Positions 25,559-38,445 of a stretch of 64,000 nt of DNA are shown in pieces. Both the position numbers and the translations under genes were made by a program. Origin of the DNA: Basidiobolus meristosporus CBS 931.73 (lineage: Eukaryota; Fungi; Basidiobolomycota); the NCBI GenBank assembly GCA_002104905.1, contig MCFE01000066.1, forward strand, positions 126,382 to 190,381. The letters are read 5' to 3'. The notes under the pieces are model-generated. The model saw nothing but the letters and a program-made list of their open reading frames with translations, made no database searches and was not told the DNA's origin. The stretch's first letter is position 1. Every line of letters begins with the position of its first letter.

Positions 25559-28500
25559 ATGGTGAAGGATAATATCATCGCTAAGGAGCTAAATACAGGC
25601 GAAGGGGAGAATCGCTGGAAGGTATGCTGCCCGAGTCGCCCTCGTCTTGACCTATGCTCGTGACTGTTCTCTAACCTCCGTTCCTCAGTATCAACCCTTT
25701 AAAGCTAGAGTCGAGAAATTACACATTGATGTGATCCATCGAGTGCGACCCGTCACGGAGGAACCTGAAGTAAGTGCTTGGTTCCCCTCGAGCACCCACC
25801 CAACCTACCCCAACTAACCGCCTAACGCCAACCAGGATGCCGACACCTTCTTCAACGAAGCCCTGCAGTCCTGGAGGGAACTCAATTGTACGACACACTT
25901 TGCGGAGTTTTACGTGAGCGTAGAGAAATACACACAGAGTCTTGCTCAACTTTTGTATCATAAAGAGAAGGTGGTAGAGATCTTGGAGCAGCACCTGAGT
26001 GTTGAGGATAGTTTAGCGTTGGAGCCGATGTTGAAGTAAGAGGAGTTGGTTTACCCTTTCCCCCGGGAGACGCCCGTTCTTACCGTACTTTCGTGATATT
26101 ACTAGTTTGGTTACCATGCTTGCAAAGGATCTCCAAGAAGAGTTCTTCCCTTTTTACGAAAGAATGCTCGCTTGCATCATCCCCCTTGTAAAACATAGAG
26201 ATGTGAATATTTTAGAGGTGGGACTTCGTGTGGATCGTTGGTGACCTTGTTGATGTGGTTTCTAACTCACTTGCCTGTCCATTTCTCTAGTGGTCATTTA
26301 ACGCTATCGCGTACTTGTTCAAATATTTATCCAAACAACTAGTTGCTGATCTGCGGCCTACATTCCGGTAAGGGTCTGGTTCAATAGGAATCGGCGGCGA
26401 ACCCTACTAACTCCCACATAGCTTACTTTCACCGCTCCTGGGTGAACACCAACAGAAGCCGTACATCCGAGTGTTCGCTGCGGAGTCGTTCTCCTTCCTG
26501 ATCCGTAAGACAAGAGGGGATGATCTGCATAATATTATTTCCCATATGATCACCAGTCTTGTCGGTAATTACAGTGATGATTACTGTCACGGTATAAGTG
26601 CTCTGTTGTATGAAGCATCGAAGGTACGAATCACGCTCCCGTGACTCGCTGGTTAGCCACTAACCCCGGGCTCTTTCCACCGACAGCACGTGAACAATCG
26701 CCTTCATTCGCGCGGCATTAGCATATTGATGGAGCTGCTTACATTCTTGTACCAACGCGAGATTGAGTCGGACGATTTGTGTAAGCAACATTTTTCCTTA
26801 TCCCGTTGGAGCTCATGTTAATCCTTTCTTTCCAGACCAAGATCCTTTGTTCAAGTTGGTGATCAACGTTTATACCTTGATCGCGCACTACGTCAAGAAA
26901 GAGCACATTTCCCCCGTGTGGGATCTTATCCTTGGTCAAACCGAGCAGTGTCTCAAGGACATTCAGTCGGGCAAGTCTGAGGAAAGAATCAAGCTGGGCA
27001 AGTTGTTGGCGATCATCAATTTACTCGTGGCCATCAGAAAAGGAAGCAAGGTTATTGGTAAGTGTCAAGCGAGCTATTCGCTCCTTCTATGGTTTCTAAT
27101 GGGTGTCCTTCAACGTAGATTTCCCTCATGTCCATGCCATTACCGAGAGCGCTTGTAAAGCGTTGCTGGTTGATGCAACTAGCAAATGCCCATCATTTGC
27201 TACTGAGGAGTTGCTGAAGCTTGTGTCATCCACCCTGGTGAAGGGGAAATTAGAAGATACCTTGTCCAAAGGAAAGGTGATCTTGGACATGGTCTTCCAG
27301 TATCATGTAAGTGGCTATCTTTGCATTCCTCATAGAGCCTTTCTAATGTTTGAGGAATTGTAGAACCCCGTTCCCGTGATTTCTTTCTGCTTTGCATTGG
27401 CCCGTTTCGAATGGAAGCATTACACTCAAATCTTATTGCCATATATCGTGAAGTAGGTTTTCCAAACGCCTGAGCGGCAACTCTTATTCGGAATGAATGC
27501 TAACCCGTAGTCACCTAGCTTCTCCTCTCGTGTCTGGAGCACCAACTCCGTCGAGATCATTCTATTGCTATCGTACCTTATCAAGCACGAGGTCCTGGCC
27601 CTTACCGACGGGTTGATCTCCTCTGTTTTGACACAAGATAGTCGGATCCGATTCCCTAAACTACCCAACAAGGAGCAAGTTTCACTAGCCGATGGGTTGT
27701 TGGAGATTGCTCGAAAGGATAGGGACTGGTCAAAGGATGTGAAAGACTTTAATGAGATCGACTGCGAAGAGGTAAGCGTCTTATTTAACAGCGCTGGTTT
27801 GCATGTGTATTTATTAAGTATATCTCCCCTAGTCCAATGAGCTTCTTGATATCACCTTGGTCTCGGCTGCTTTAGATGTCATTCCATTTGTTTCCATGCC
27901 ATTTGACAAAGCCTTTACCTCGATCAAAGCCTTGATCGACCAGCTTGTCGCCTTCTTATCATCCGACAAGACCAGCAAGGAGACCATGAAAGGTAGCATT
28001 TCCCAAGGAGACTCGGCACTTTCCATCGAATCCCTCCTTGGTCACAGTTTATCGGCTCTTGTCATGGTTGCCCAAAAGCACGGTGATAAAGGTGTAGAAT
28101 CCCTTTCCACCATCATCGAGTTGGTGCTCAATGAAATCTTGGTTCCTCATGGAACTTGCCAACTCGTTGTCAAGGGAGTGGCTTCTTACATTAGGGCAGT
28201 TCGCAACAGGTATGTAAACTAGATGAGCAAGAGGCATGATTTGGTGATCGACCATATTTATGATTATTTCTAGTCCCGCCTGCAAGAGCCATCTTTCTGT
28301 CAAATCACTGGAGAAGGTGTACCCTAGTCTGCTATCTAATATCAGCTCTGTGTACCAAAGAAAACGTCTTTATACCTTCGAGGTTTTGAGCATGTTCGAG
28401 CAGTTCAAGATGAAGACCAGTGACAAGGGACAGCTGGAAGAATGCGATGTAAGCCAAATACAAACATTACTTCCACCTCAGGGCAATATTAATAGTTGGC

Positions 28501-31500
28501 GTTTTTGCACCTCTAGGTATTCAACCAATGTTTGATCATTGAACAAGTTTCCAACGATCTTCAGACCTATCGTGACAAGTTGATGTATGTTCGTCGTGTG
28601 GCATTGATGGTAGAGAACGGCCGGATGCCCGAGTTCTACAAGGAGGTTGCTCCACGCCTTGCACTAGGTAACTACTAAGAGACTCATGAGTATAGCCAAC
28701 TCCCATTCTAATCTACTTTTATTGCAGGACTCTTCACCATTAACTTGAGTCTCATCTGGCCTGAGGCGATCGCTCTTGCTGCCAAATTCGCTAAGGTGGA
28801 TGGACACACCTTCTGGAATATCTTCCATAACGAGTTCTCCAAGTTTGAAGAGGAATCGCGGTTATTGGAGAGCGGTCTGACTCCATCTGCCAACGACGCG
28901 TATATGAAATACGTTGCTAATATGCACCACTTCGAGGTGGCATTCAAACCGGTAGAAAGTGGCGGTTTGTCATTCAGTTGCCCATCGGTTCAAAAGCTTC
29001 ATAAAGCCTTCGAGATTGGCCAGTCCTTTGTGAAAACCGATCTCGCCAAGAGTTTCCTCATGGAGTTCATCTTAATCTGGGAGCCTACCAAAGACCACTT
29101 GGACTACTGGAATTATTACAGCTTGATCGTCAAGACCTTAGGAGAGGTGCCCCAAATTGCGGAGCAGCATTCTCGAAGCCTGGTCCCTGTTTTCATGAAG
29201 TTCGTCAAGGAAGAGTACGAGGCAGTCTTCGAGCAGATCCAGTTGCACGGACAGAATGCCGAGGAGGACGACGCCGAGATGGACGTGGATGGGGCAGCCA
29301 ACGAGAAACTTGACAAAGGACTGGTGCTGGAGCATTCCACAAAAGCCACCAAGAACAAGATGAACCTTTATTTGCAACTCTTCGCCAAGTTCAAGAATCC
29401 CAAGAGCGTGTACAAATCAGCTGAGCTCAAGACCATTTACCTTTCCCTCCTTGCCAGAGGTGATGCGAAAATCCAACTTTTGGCGCTGGAATGCTTGCTC
29501 ACCTGGAAAACCCCCCAAGTCACTCCCTATGCGGATAACTTGAGAAATCTCCTGGACGACATCAAATTCCGTGACGAGCTTTCTACCTTTTCGTTGGATC
29601 GGGAGAGTGGTAGTGTTGATGCCGCTCACCGTGCGGAGCTCATCCCCTTCCTTGTACGTATTCTTTACGGCCGTATGATCGCCAGGAAAGGCAAGGTCTC
29701 TTCCAAGCTCGGAATGGCTGCCCGTAGAACTGCTGTTCTTCAGACTATAGCTCATTTGGATGAAGAAGAGCTCCACGAGTTTGTGAAGCTGATGCTTGAG
29801 CCATTTGAATGCTTGAACTCAACACCGGGCTTAGTGAACGGAAAATTCGAGCCAGATATGAACTTCAATGTCACTGCCATGGTACCAGTCAGAAAGCAAA
29901 TCGGTTTCCTTCACAACCTCGAAGATGTTCTCAAACAGCTGGCTTCGTTCGTTCTTCCGTTTATCCCGGAGCTGTTGAAGGCTGTTCTGTATATGCTCAC
30001 TGACGCTTCCCGGTCCATGGATGAGGAAGAACTCGAGGCTATCGATATCCTACATCGAAAGGAGATCAGACAGCTCAGTGTTAAGCGCCTTGGCGGATTC
30101 TTTAAGCTCAGCGCCACTTTTGACTACTTGCCTTACTTGCCATACATTTTCCAAGTTGCAATCACCCCTCGAATTGCCAAGTTTGCCGTTGAGAACTCCC
30201 AGGCACCTACTGCCCTCATGGACTTATTCGTCATCTGGGCCAAGCGGGTAGAGTATGTCAGCTTCTTGGTTGATTACGATAAGGAGCTCCTGAGGGGTGT
30301 CTTCGGATGTTTGTCAGCCAAGAAGGTTCAAAACTCCGTGATCTCCGTTGTGCTGGAAATCATTGAAGACATCTTGTCCATGTATACAGAGCCCAGCACA
30401 AACGAGGAGCAAAATCTTGCTGAATACATCATCCTGCCTTATGTCGATGATCTGCTGAACAACATTGGCCACATCATTACTGTGGCCAGCGAGAACGTTG
30501 CTTTTGGTAAGGACCAATTCTCCAAGAGACAGATCTTCATTCTATCTCAGATTGCGGCCTATGTTAAGCAAGGAGAGCAAGCACGTCAATTGGTGGATAT
30601 CTTGCTTCCAAGTCTTAAGAAGCCAGTCAGAGTGGTGCCCGAAAAAACAAAGGCAGACATTCTGCTTATTATGAAGAACTTCATTCCGCTCATTGCCGAG
30701 CTCAAGGAACTTGGGACCTTGTACACTCGCTATTACTCGTTCATCTCACTCATGTTCTCTACCTTGGAGTCCAGAGATTGTCGTGTACTTTTAGCCGAGG
30801 TACTCACAACCTTCTCCTCCTTTGATCCCAAGCTCAAGCCGGTTGTGGAGCTAATCACCGAGCTCAACTCGTTCTCAGCCACTCGCTTGGATGAGCCCGA
30901 CTTTGATAGAAGACTGACTGCTTTCGGGGCCCTTACACAAACCACCTACCTCGAGTTTACACCTGATCAATGGCTTCCCATCTTGCACAATCTCATTTAT
31001 TTTGTCCAGGATCCGGAGGAAATGTCCATCCGTAATAATGCATCGTTTGCATTGACCAAATTCGTTGATCGCACCATTGGTATTGAAGACCCCGAGCTCA
31101 ATGGCAAATTCCACAATTTGCTCACTCACGTCGTCTTCCCCGCCATCAGAAAGGGCATGAAGTCTCGACAGGAGTTGATCCGAGTAGAGTTCCTCACGAT
31201 TCTCGCCCACGCAATTAGAGTTCGTCCTGAGCTCGAGGAGATATCCGACATGGCTTGCCTGCTGGCCGACGGAGATGAGGAAGCCAGTTTCTTCAACAAC
31301 ATCCACCACATCCAGCTTCATCGTAGAATTAGAGCTGTCGCCCGTTTGGCTGGAGAATGCCAGGCCGGCAAGATCAAGCCCAACAACATCACGCGAATCT
31401 TCATTCCTCTGTTGTCGCATTTCATCTTCGAATCTGATACAATCACTGACCACAACCTGATCAACGAGACGGTTACCGCATTGGGTGTGCTTAGCAAGCA

Positions 31501-34500
31501 GTTGCCTTGGGGCCCTTACTATGCCATGATTAGACAATACCTCAAGCTGATCCCCAAGAAGCCTACACTTGAGAAGATCCTGGTCAGAGTAGTGGTTGCT
31601 CTTCTGGAGGACTTCCACTTCGATCTTACCAATGCTTCGTATGAGCTTCCCAAGCCAGCTAACGAGCCACAAACGGACGCCGCTGCAACCACCCCGGCAG
31701 AGCCTGAGGAAGAGGAGGAGGAGGAGGAGGCTGAAGAGGAGCCAAGCCAGCTAAATCCAAACCAAACACTGGCCTCTCAGCTTAGCCCAGCCACTGCGTC
31801 CTACATCTTGAGCGCAGTGACCACTCAACTGCTCCCTGACCTTCAAAAATACCTCACCAAACGGGATGATGAGAATGTCAATGTTCGTGTCCCAGTGGCG
31901 CTGGCCATCACCAAACTTCTCAAGTGCCTCCCTGCCAAGGCGCTCCAGACCCATCTCCCAGGCATGTTGACGTCCATCTGCCAAACGCTTCGAAGCCGCT
32001 CCCAAGAAACCCGTGACACCACTCGCAGCACGCTTGTGAAGATCGCCACCTTCCTTGGACCAAGCTACTTCTCGTTCATCGTGAAGGAGCTCAAGGGAGC
32101 CCTTCAAAGGGGATACCAGCTGCATGTTCTTGGCTACACGCTGCACGCGATTCTGGTCCAGATGGTCCCCGAGTTGAACGTCGGAGATATCGACTACTGC
32201 CTGGAGCCCGTGATCGAGATCCTGATCGAGGATGTTTTCGGTGAGGTCGGTGTAGAAAAGGAAACTGAGGAGATCACCAACAAGATGAAAGAAGCCAAGA
32301 CTCACAAGAGCTTCGAATCCTTTGAGCTGATCGGCCGGATCATCCGATTCAAATCCATCGGAGTATTGCTAGTCCCCTTCAAGGAGATCATGGTTGAGAC
32401 CGAGAACATCAAGGTCACCCGTAAGATCGACGAATCGCTTCGTCGTATCTCCGCCGGTATCAACAATAACGCCGAGTTCGACCCTAAGGAGGTGCTCATA
32501 TTCTGTCACGGTCTGATCTCCCAGAACCTGAAGCTGTCCCAGGCCAAGAAGGTGGTCAAGAAGGAAAAGACCAACCTGGAGACCAACTTCACCGTGGTGT
32601 TGGGCAGGAACCCTGGCTTCGAGAAGCCCGATTACTTCAACGCCAACGCCCATCGCTTTGTCGAGTTTGGTTTGAGCATTCTTTTGTCTTCACTCAAGAG
32701 AAGCAGATTCGATGTGAAATCCAAGGAGCATTTGGAGATGCTTGATCCATTCGTGGATGTGGTCGGAAACTCCACCTACTCCAAGCATCAGAGAGTCATC
32801 ATCTTATCCTTGCGCACCCTCAGCGTTCTCTGCAAGCTTCCCCTTCCCTCGCTTCAGGAAGGTCTGCCCATCATCGTGAAACGCATCTTCCAGATCATCA
32901 AGGGCTCCAGCACCACTCACTCGGAATTGGTTCAGACTTGCTTCAAGTTGTTGACCATCGCAATTCGTGATAATGGCACCGTCAATGTTACCGAGAAGCA
33001 GCTCACGTTTGTCCTCGAGCTCGTCCGACCTGATTTGGAGGAGCCAGAGAGACAGAGCACAACCTTCTCTCTAATCAAAGCCATCATCTCCAGGAAGTTC
33101 ATTGTGGAAGAGGTGTATGACATCATGAAGGTCATCTCGGAGATCATGGTGACCAGTCAGTCATCCCAGGTACGAGAGCTTTGCCGACACGTGTACCTTC
33201 AATTCCTGCTGGACTATCCACAGGGTAAAGGACGTCTTCGTAACCAGATGAACTTCCTAGTCAAGAACCTGGACTATGTGTATGAGAGTGGACGACAATC
33301 GGTCATGGAGATGCTCAACGTGATCTTCTCCAAATTCGCTGACCAGATCCTGATGGAGTACGCGGAGATGTTTTTCCTGGCCTTGGTCATGTCCATGGTC
33401 AACGACGACTCGAACAAGTGCCGTGAGATGGCCGGCGTGCTGATCAAAAATCTGCTCCTCAGATTGGACTCCACCCGACTGGAGAACGTCTTCGTGCTAC
33501 TGAATAAGTGGCTCGAGGCATCCAGCCAACAGAATCTGCAGCGCGCCTCCATCCAGGTGTATGGCTTGCTGATCGACGCATTTGATGAGAAATCCAAGAA
33601 ATACATCCCCGAAACACTGGATCACATCAAGAGCATCCTGGAATACAGTAAGCAGAACATGAACGAAAACGAAGAGGTTGATGAGGACGCCGATATGGAA
33701 GTGGAAGTCGAATGGGAGACTGGATACTTTGCCCTCTCTACCTTCACCAAGATCGTTCGTAAGTTCCCAGCCATGATCAGCCAGGACACCTCCAGAGAGA
33801 TTTGGGATCTAGCTACCTCGCTTCTTTTGCACCCACACAGCTGGGTTCGTTTGTCAACCTGCCGTCTGTTCGGAATCTATTTCACCTATCTCGATCCCAA
33901 AACCCTTTCGTTCGCCAACACCACTACCAGAGACTCTTACTTGCGTAAATCGGTGTTGACAGGCATCGCCAACAAGATGTGCCTGCAGCTAAAGAGTGAA
34001 TATCTGAGTGAGGACTTGGGAACTCAGTTGGTCAAGAACCTATTCTTCATTGGCAAATGCTTCTACCACGAAGGCAGCCGAGGCGCGGACGAGAAAGATA
34101 GTGACCCAGAGCCTGAGGTGGATAACGCGGAAGAGGACGCGGATGAAGTGAATGATGAGAGCAACCGCAACCGTTCACTGTTCTGGCTGTTCAGAAAACT
34201 TTCGTTCGTGGCCAGATCGGACATTGGTGGAAACAAGGCCACCACTCGTAGAACCTTCATCTTCCAATGGTTTGCCGCCATGGCTAGTTTCATTAAGGCT
34301 GACGAGCTGAAGCCATACCTGATCCCTATTGTGTCACCGATTTACAGAACCGTGAACGACGAAACTAGCAAGGGCAAGGAAGCCGAGGATCTGAGAACCC
34401 TCGGCCAAGAGGTTCTGGACTTCATTCGCAAGCAGGTGGGTACCACCATCTACCACGAAGTCTACAACCAAGTACGTCAACGGGTAGTGGATATCCGTCG

Positions 34501-34672
34501 CGAGCGTAAGGCCAAGCGCTCATTCCAGGCCATCACCGATCCAGAAGCACACGCTAGACGCAAGATCCAGAAGAACGAGATGAAGAAGAACAGCCGTAAG
34601 AAGAAGACTAGCCAGTTCGCCGCTAGCAAGGAGCGACTCACCGTTGTCAAGAATCGGAATCGTTCCAATTAA
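25559..34672 (+). CDS. UTP20: U3 snoRNP/SSU processome protein Utp20
   Basis: N-terminal QPFKARVEKLHID, HEAT-like repeats, the DRIM region, LQRGYQLHVLGYT and LDYPQGKGRL, and a basic C-terminal tail. About 14 short 5' introns precede one terminal exon of about 5.9 kb. Confidence 0.95.
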
Positions 34673-35110
34673 GTGAGTCCACCCCGCGCTCACCCCACCC
34701 CAGCTCACTCACCACATGTTATTTACCGGTTATGCTCGATACTCACTAGCCCTAATGTTGCTTTTTATTGACCCGCTTTTTGTATTAAAATCACTTCTCT
34801 TAATAAAGAACTTTTCTCCCACAATTCCTACGGGTTTGTCGAGGAAGTGGTTGTTAGGTGGGGCCGGATTGCCCATTTGGCCAGGTGCAGATACGTATTT
34901 GTAGAGCCAGCAAGCTGTGGATCATCTACGTGGTTTTGAACAATCCAAAGACACACGGATGGGGAGTGATTCAAGAACAAGGAGATGATTACCGAATGTA
35001 TTATATGTGTTGATGTAGGTTGCTATGTGAAAAATCCCGAGGGCTCTCGGCAAGAGACCAGATAGGCCGAAAGTGGCATGCTCCACCGGTGATTTCCGAA
35101 CGAAACAGGA

Positions 35111-35754
35111 TTAGCTGACCTGGATTTTCTTGTGGAATTTAAACATCTTGTTGAACGAAATCCTGAAGCCTTGGGTCTTGACCTTTTTGTAGGAGTCGAG
35201 ATATTCGATCTGGTGGTTGTTGAAAGCACCATAACGCTTCTTTCGAATATATTCAACAGCGCTGAGTGCGTCCATGCCATGTTCGATCAATGCAATCGCC
35301 ACCAAGACTGGCGCACGACCTAGACCAGCTACGCAATGAATGGCGATCGTCTCAGGGGCATCCTTACTGCTGGACGGATTCGAACAGGAATCGACTAAAC
35401 CTAACCAATCCCTAATTAAGGATGGGGCTGGGATGCCACCATCAGGGAAGGGCCAATCATGAACCTTTATGGCTGCACTAGTCAACGGCTCAGTGTGATA
35501 AGTGGGCTCGCAAACGCGCTATCCATGGATATACAGAGATGTTTAATCATCGAGCCATGCACTTGTCCATGAAGTTAACTTACCACAACGTGGGTCACGT
35601 TAAAGTTGTGAAATTCTCGCAGGTAGAGATGAAGGTTGGAGTCCGTAGGACAATCAAGTATGAGAAACCGAAGACTTCTGTACTCGACGTAGGAGATTAC
35701 GGCGCTCAGTACTGAACGGTGCGCTGGAGGATAGGTCGAGTATCTAGGAGCCAT
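35111..35754 (-). CDS. PRL/PTP4A-type protein tyrosine phosphatase
   Basis: Exon 1 has LRFLILDCPTDSNL...VTHVV. Exon 2 has RVCEPTY, DWPFPDG and the active site HCVAGLGRAPVL. One intron. Confidence 0.9.
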
Positions 35755-37198
35755 TTTGGAGGATGGTCGGCTTGCGGATTAGAGGTTGTCTCGAGAGTGG
35801 TATGGGATATATGGAATATCAACACAGCAGGTAGAGACGGCTGGAGCTGAGGGGAGTGTATCAACTTTGATATATGCGCTGAGAGTTACTAGCATGATAT
35901 GCTAGCTGGAGACGGCTAGAGGCTAGTTTATATCTAGCTCAGTGCCAGGTTAAATAGTAGATCAACCTGATGCCTGGAATACGGAGGTTCAACAGGGAAG
36001 GAAATGATAGCGATATATTGGGAACAAACCTATTCCTAGGCTACCTTCCTTCCACGCATGTTAAATGCGATGCCTCTTTTGGTAACCTGTTGTCAATTTC
36101 AAGCTAAACACAGAAGCAACCTTAGGCAGGCCCACCACAAGCCATCCACACGGAAGTTTGGGTATTGGTTGCGCATATATGTATATATCGTAGCTATTAA
36201 TCAATGTATACTCTGTATCAGCAACGCTAATGGATTGATAAGCAAATCGTCCGAGTTTACAGCAGATTGTGAGCAATAATATCCTATGTGCAATAGTCTA
36301 GGTATCCCCTACAACCATGTGTGGTGCTAAGAGTGTCTGGTAGAAGATGTATCCTGGCATAGCGCAATAGGAGCCTGGCTGATAAGTGGGAATCAACATG
36401 CAGGACACAATTAATGTAGCTGCCACCGCAAGCCGAATCACCCTAAACAACGCAGATTCTCCCTTTGCCTGGTATAAGCCGGAGCACTGGAGCCCCTCAG
36501 TATATGGAAACCCTGTCATATGAACTCTGTCTATATTTGTGAATAAAAGGGCGCATTCAGTCACCACAGATTTGATGATTGTACTTTCCAGTGTAAATGA
36601 CCGTGATTTCACACATGCCACTCCCAAATAGGATGGAGTCTGGTTGATGTTCCTACCTAAATGGTTAAATGGGATGGATACGTACTTACGTATCATCGTT
36701 TACTTCCGGGAAGTATGCTAGTGGTATCGGTTAGCACCACTAGATAGCGGCATACCTAGTGAAAATCATGGTAACAGGATAGACTTGCAATGCAGCTCAG
36801 TATAAAATGCCATATCAACTTCGCTAGAGCCACTATACATACATGTATGCTCAGTCATACCAATGCCAGCCTTGTGCTCATGTTTCTTGGGCTTTGCAAT
36901 GACGTTTGTGGTCTCATAACGTGTGAACACCCCGCGTTATAGTGACGATCGTCAATCTCTTGTTCAGCTTCTCGTGGATTTCGTTGGCACTGTTACCTCT
37001 GGGAAACAGGTAAGAGGGTTGATATCAACCAACACAATGCCCCACATCTGCTATCTGCCAGCAGTAATCGAAAGAGCACCAGGTAATATGATGCGAGAAA
37101 CCGTTGCAAATAACGTGCGGCTCCTATGTTTATTGATGCTTGGTATGCTATCGACGGATTCTACAGCTAAAGAAATGCAATTTACACGCCATGGAATT

Positions 37199-37650
37199 TT
37201 ATTCGTCTGGGTTGAATGCTTTGGGAAGTTGTAGTCCAACGCGGTTGGCGGTCAGATTAAGCCTTTCGTCGGGAGTGATGTTCATGTGAGGGTTGTAACG
37301 CTCCAAAAGTTCCTGTTTTATGCCCACATCAATACGCATCAAAAGCTGAACCAAATGCACACAAACGTACCTTGTGTTTGCGAGAACTTTCCAGGTAGGT
37401 AAGAATGTCCTGGGCATCAGCTTGGAGTTTAGCTGAAACCTCTGGGGAATTGTTCTCAAGGCGCTCTTTGTAGATGAGCTGAAGCTGCTCCCTCCAGTAG
37501 GAGTTGTTGGTCTTTTGAGTAAGCTGTGAAGGAAAAATCAGTTCATGGTACCACTACTATCGTAGAAGCGTACAGAAGCTTTACCTGTGAATCAACTTCC
37601 TGGAGAAGATTTTTGAAAGTGGAACGTGCAGCAGTAATCACAGAAGCCAT
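37199..37650 (-). CDS. FMC1: Mitochondrial ATP synthase assembly factor Fmc1 (3 exons)
   Basis: The spliced product is MASVITAARSTFKNLLQEVDSQ-LTQK...TYLESSRKHK-ELLERYNP...ERLNLTANRVGLQLP. The RYNP and TA.RVGL.LP motifs are typical of Fmc1. Confidence 0.8.
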
Positions 37651-37734
37651 GTTGCCAGTGTCTTGACCAATGGTCACAGGAAGCAAGCTGAGACTATCAC
37701 TTCATTCCGGGAAAGAAATTTTCACAAATGAAGC

Positions 37735-37758
37735 TAACCCTAACCCTAACCCTAACCC
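37735..37758 (+). repeat. Interstitial telomere-type repeat (TAACCC)x4
   Basis: Four perfect TAACCC units lie about 85 bp upstream of the FMC1 ATG, in the divergent FMC1/PUF intergenic region. Confidence 0.95.
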
Positions 37759-38445
37759 CAGCCTATCAAGGCAACCCTAAATTTTCGAGCTGACCTTGAA
37801 TTCAGATGGATTTCGATAAGCACTCGCTGCAGTACATGTATTGTCGAGCTTGGATTGCGGTAGCCAACCTTTGGTTCCACATCCCCTTGTTTCATGGTGT
37901 CAAATTGAGTGGCTCTAGTATCTCGGTTAGTCGAGATCCACTCATAAATGCATCGCCTTAGCCATGGAATCATCGCTAGATTAAACATGCTTTTCCATAT
38001 TTATTCTGTTTGGTCACTTCAACTATGTGTGACCACTCACAATTATCATCAAACCGGTAGATTTCGGCCTGGCTCGTAATAATCAGCAGTTCGAGTTGGA
38101 ATGTATTAACTCGGATTCAGAGTATTATTTCGTCTACCCGTTGTCTATTCTTGTCGCCGTCTAATAAAGAGGAAAAGTAGTCTTTAGATCACAAATATCC
38201 ACACAAGCATATCTAGCTGTTCGTGATATATTCAAGCTTCTTGTAAGATCTTCTTCAGATTCAGCGCCTCAGTCTTCTCATCTGGTCTTTCTTGACCTCA
38301 GTTATAAAACATCCCTTTGAGGTCGAGTTAAGCGTTTCCCCCCGCTTTCTTTCTATCTGAGTACTACTAAAGGTATCACACACACCTCATCACCGTTGTT
38401 TTTTCACTGTCTCGCCCAAGTTTGTGATACACCGCTATTCTTCCC

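Noticed and set aside
29116-34708. Many antisense ORFs (up to 265 aa) over UTP20, and similar ones over BCAT and the helicase
   Set aside because: They are shadow frames of long coding exons with biased codon use and carry no recognisable motifs.
37735-37758. (TAACCC)4 as a telomerase RNA template
   Set aside because: Templates usually span about 1.5 repeats. This has four, sits just upstream of a coding gene, and shows no supporting structure that I could see.
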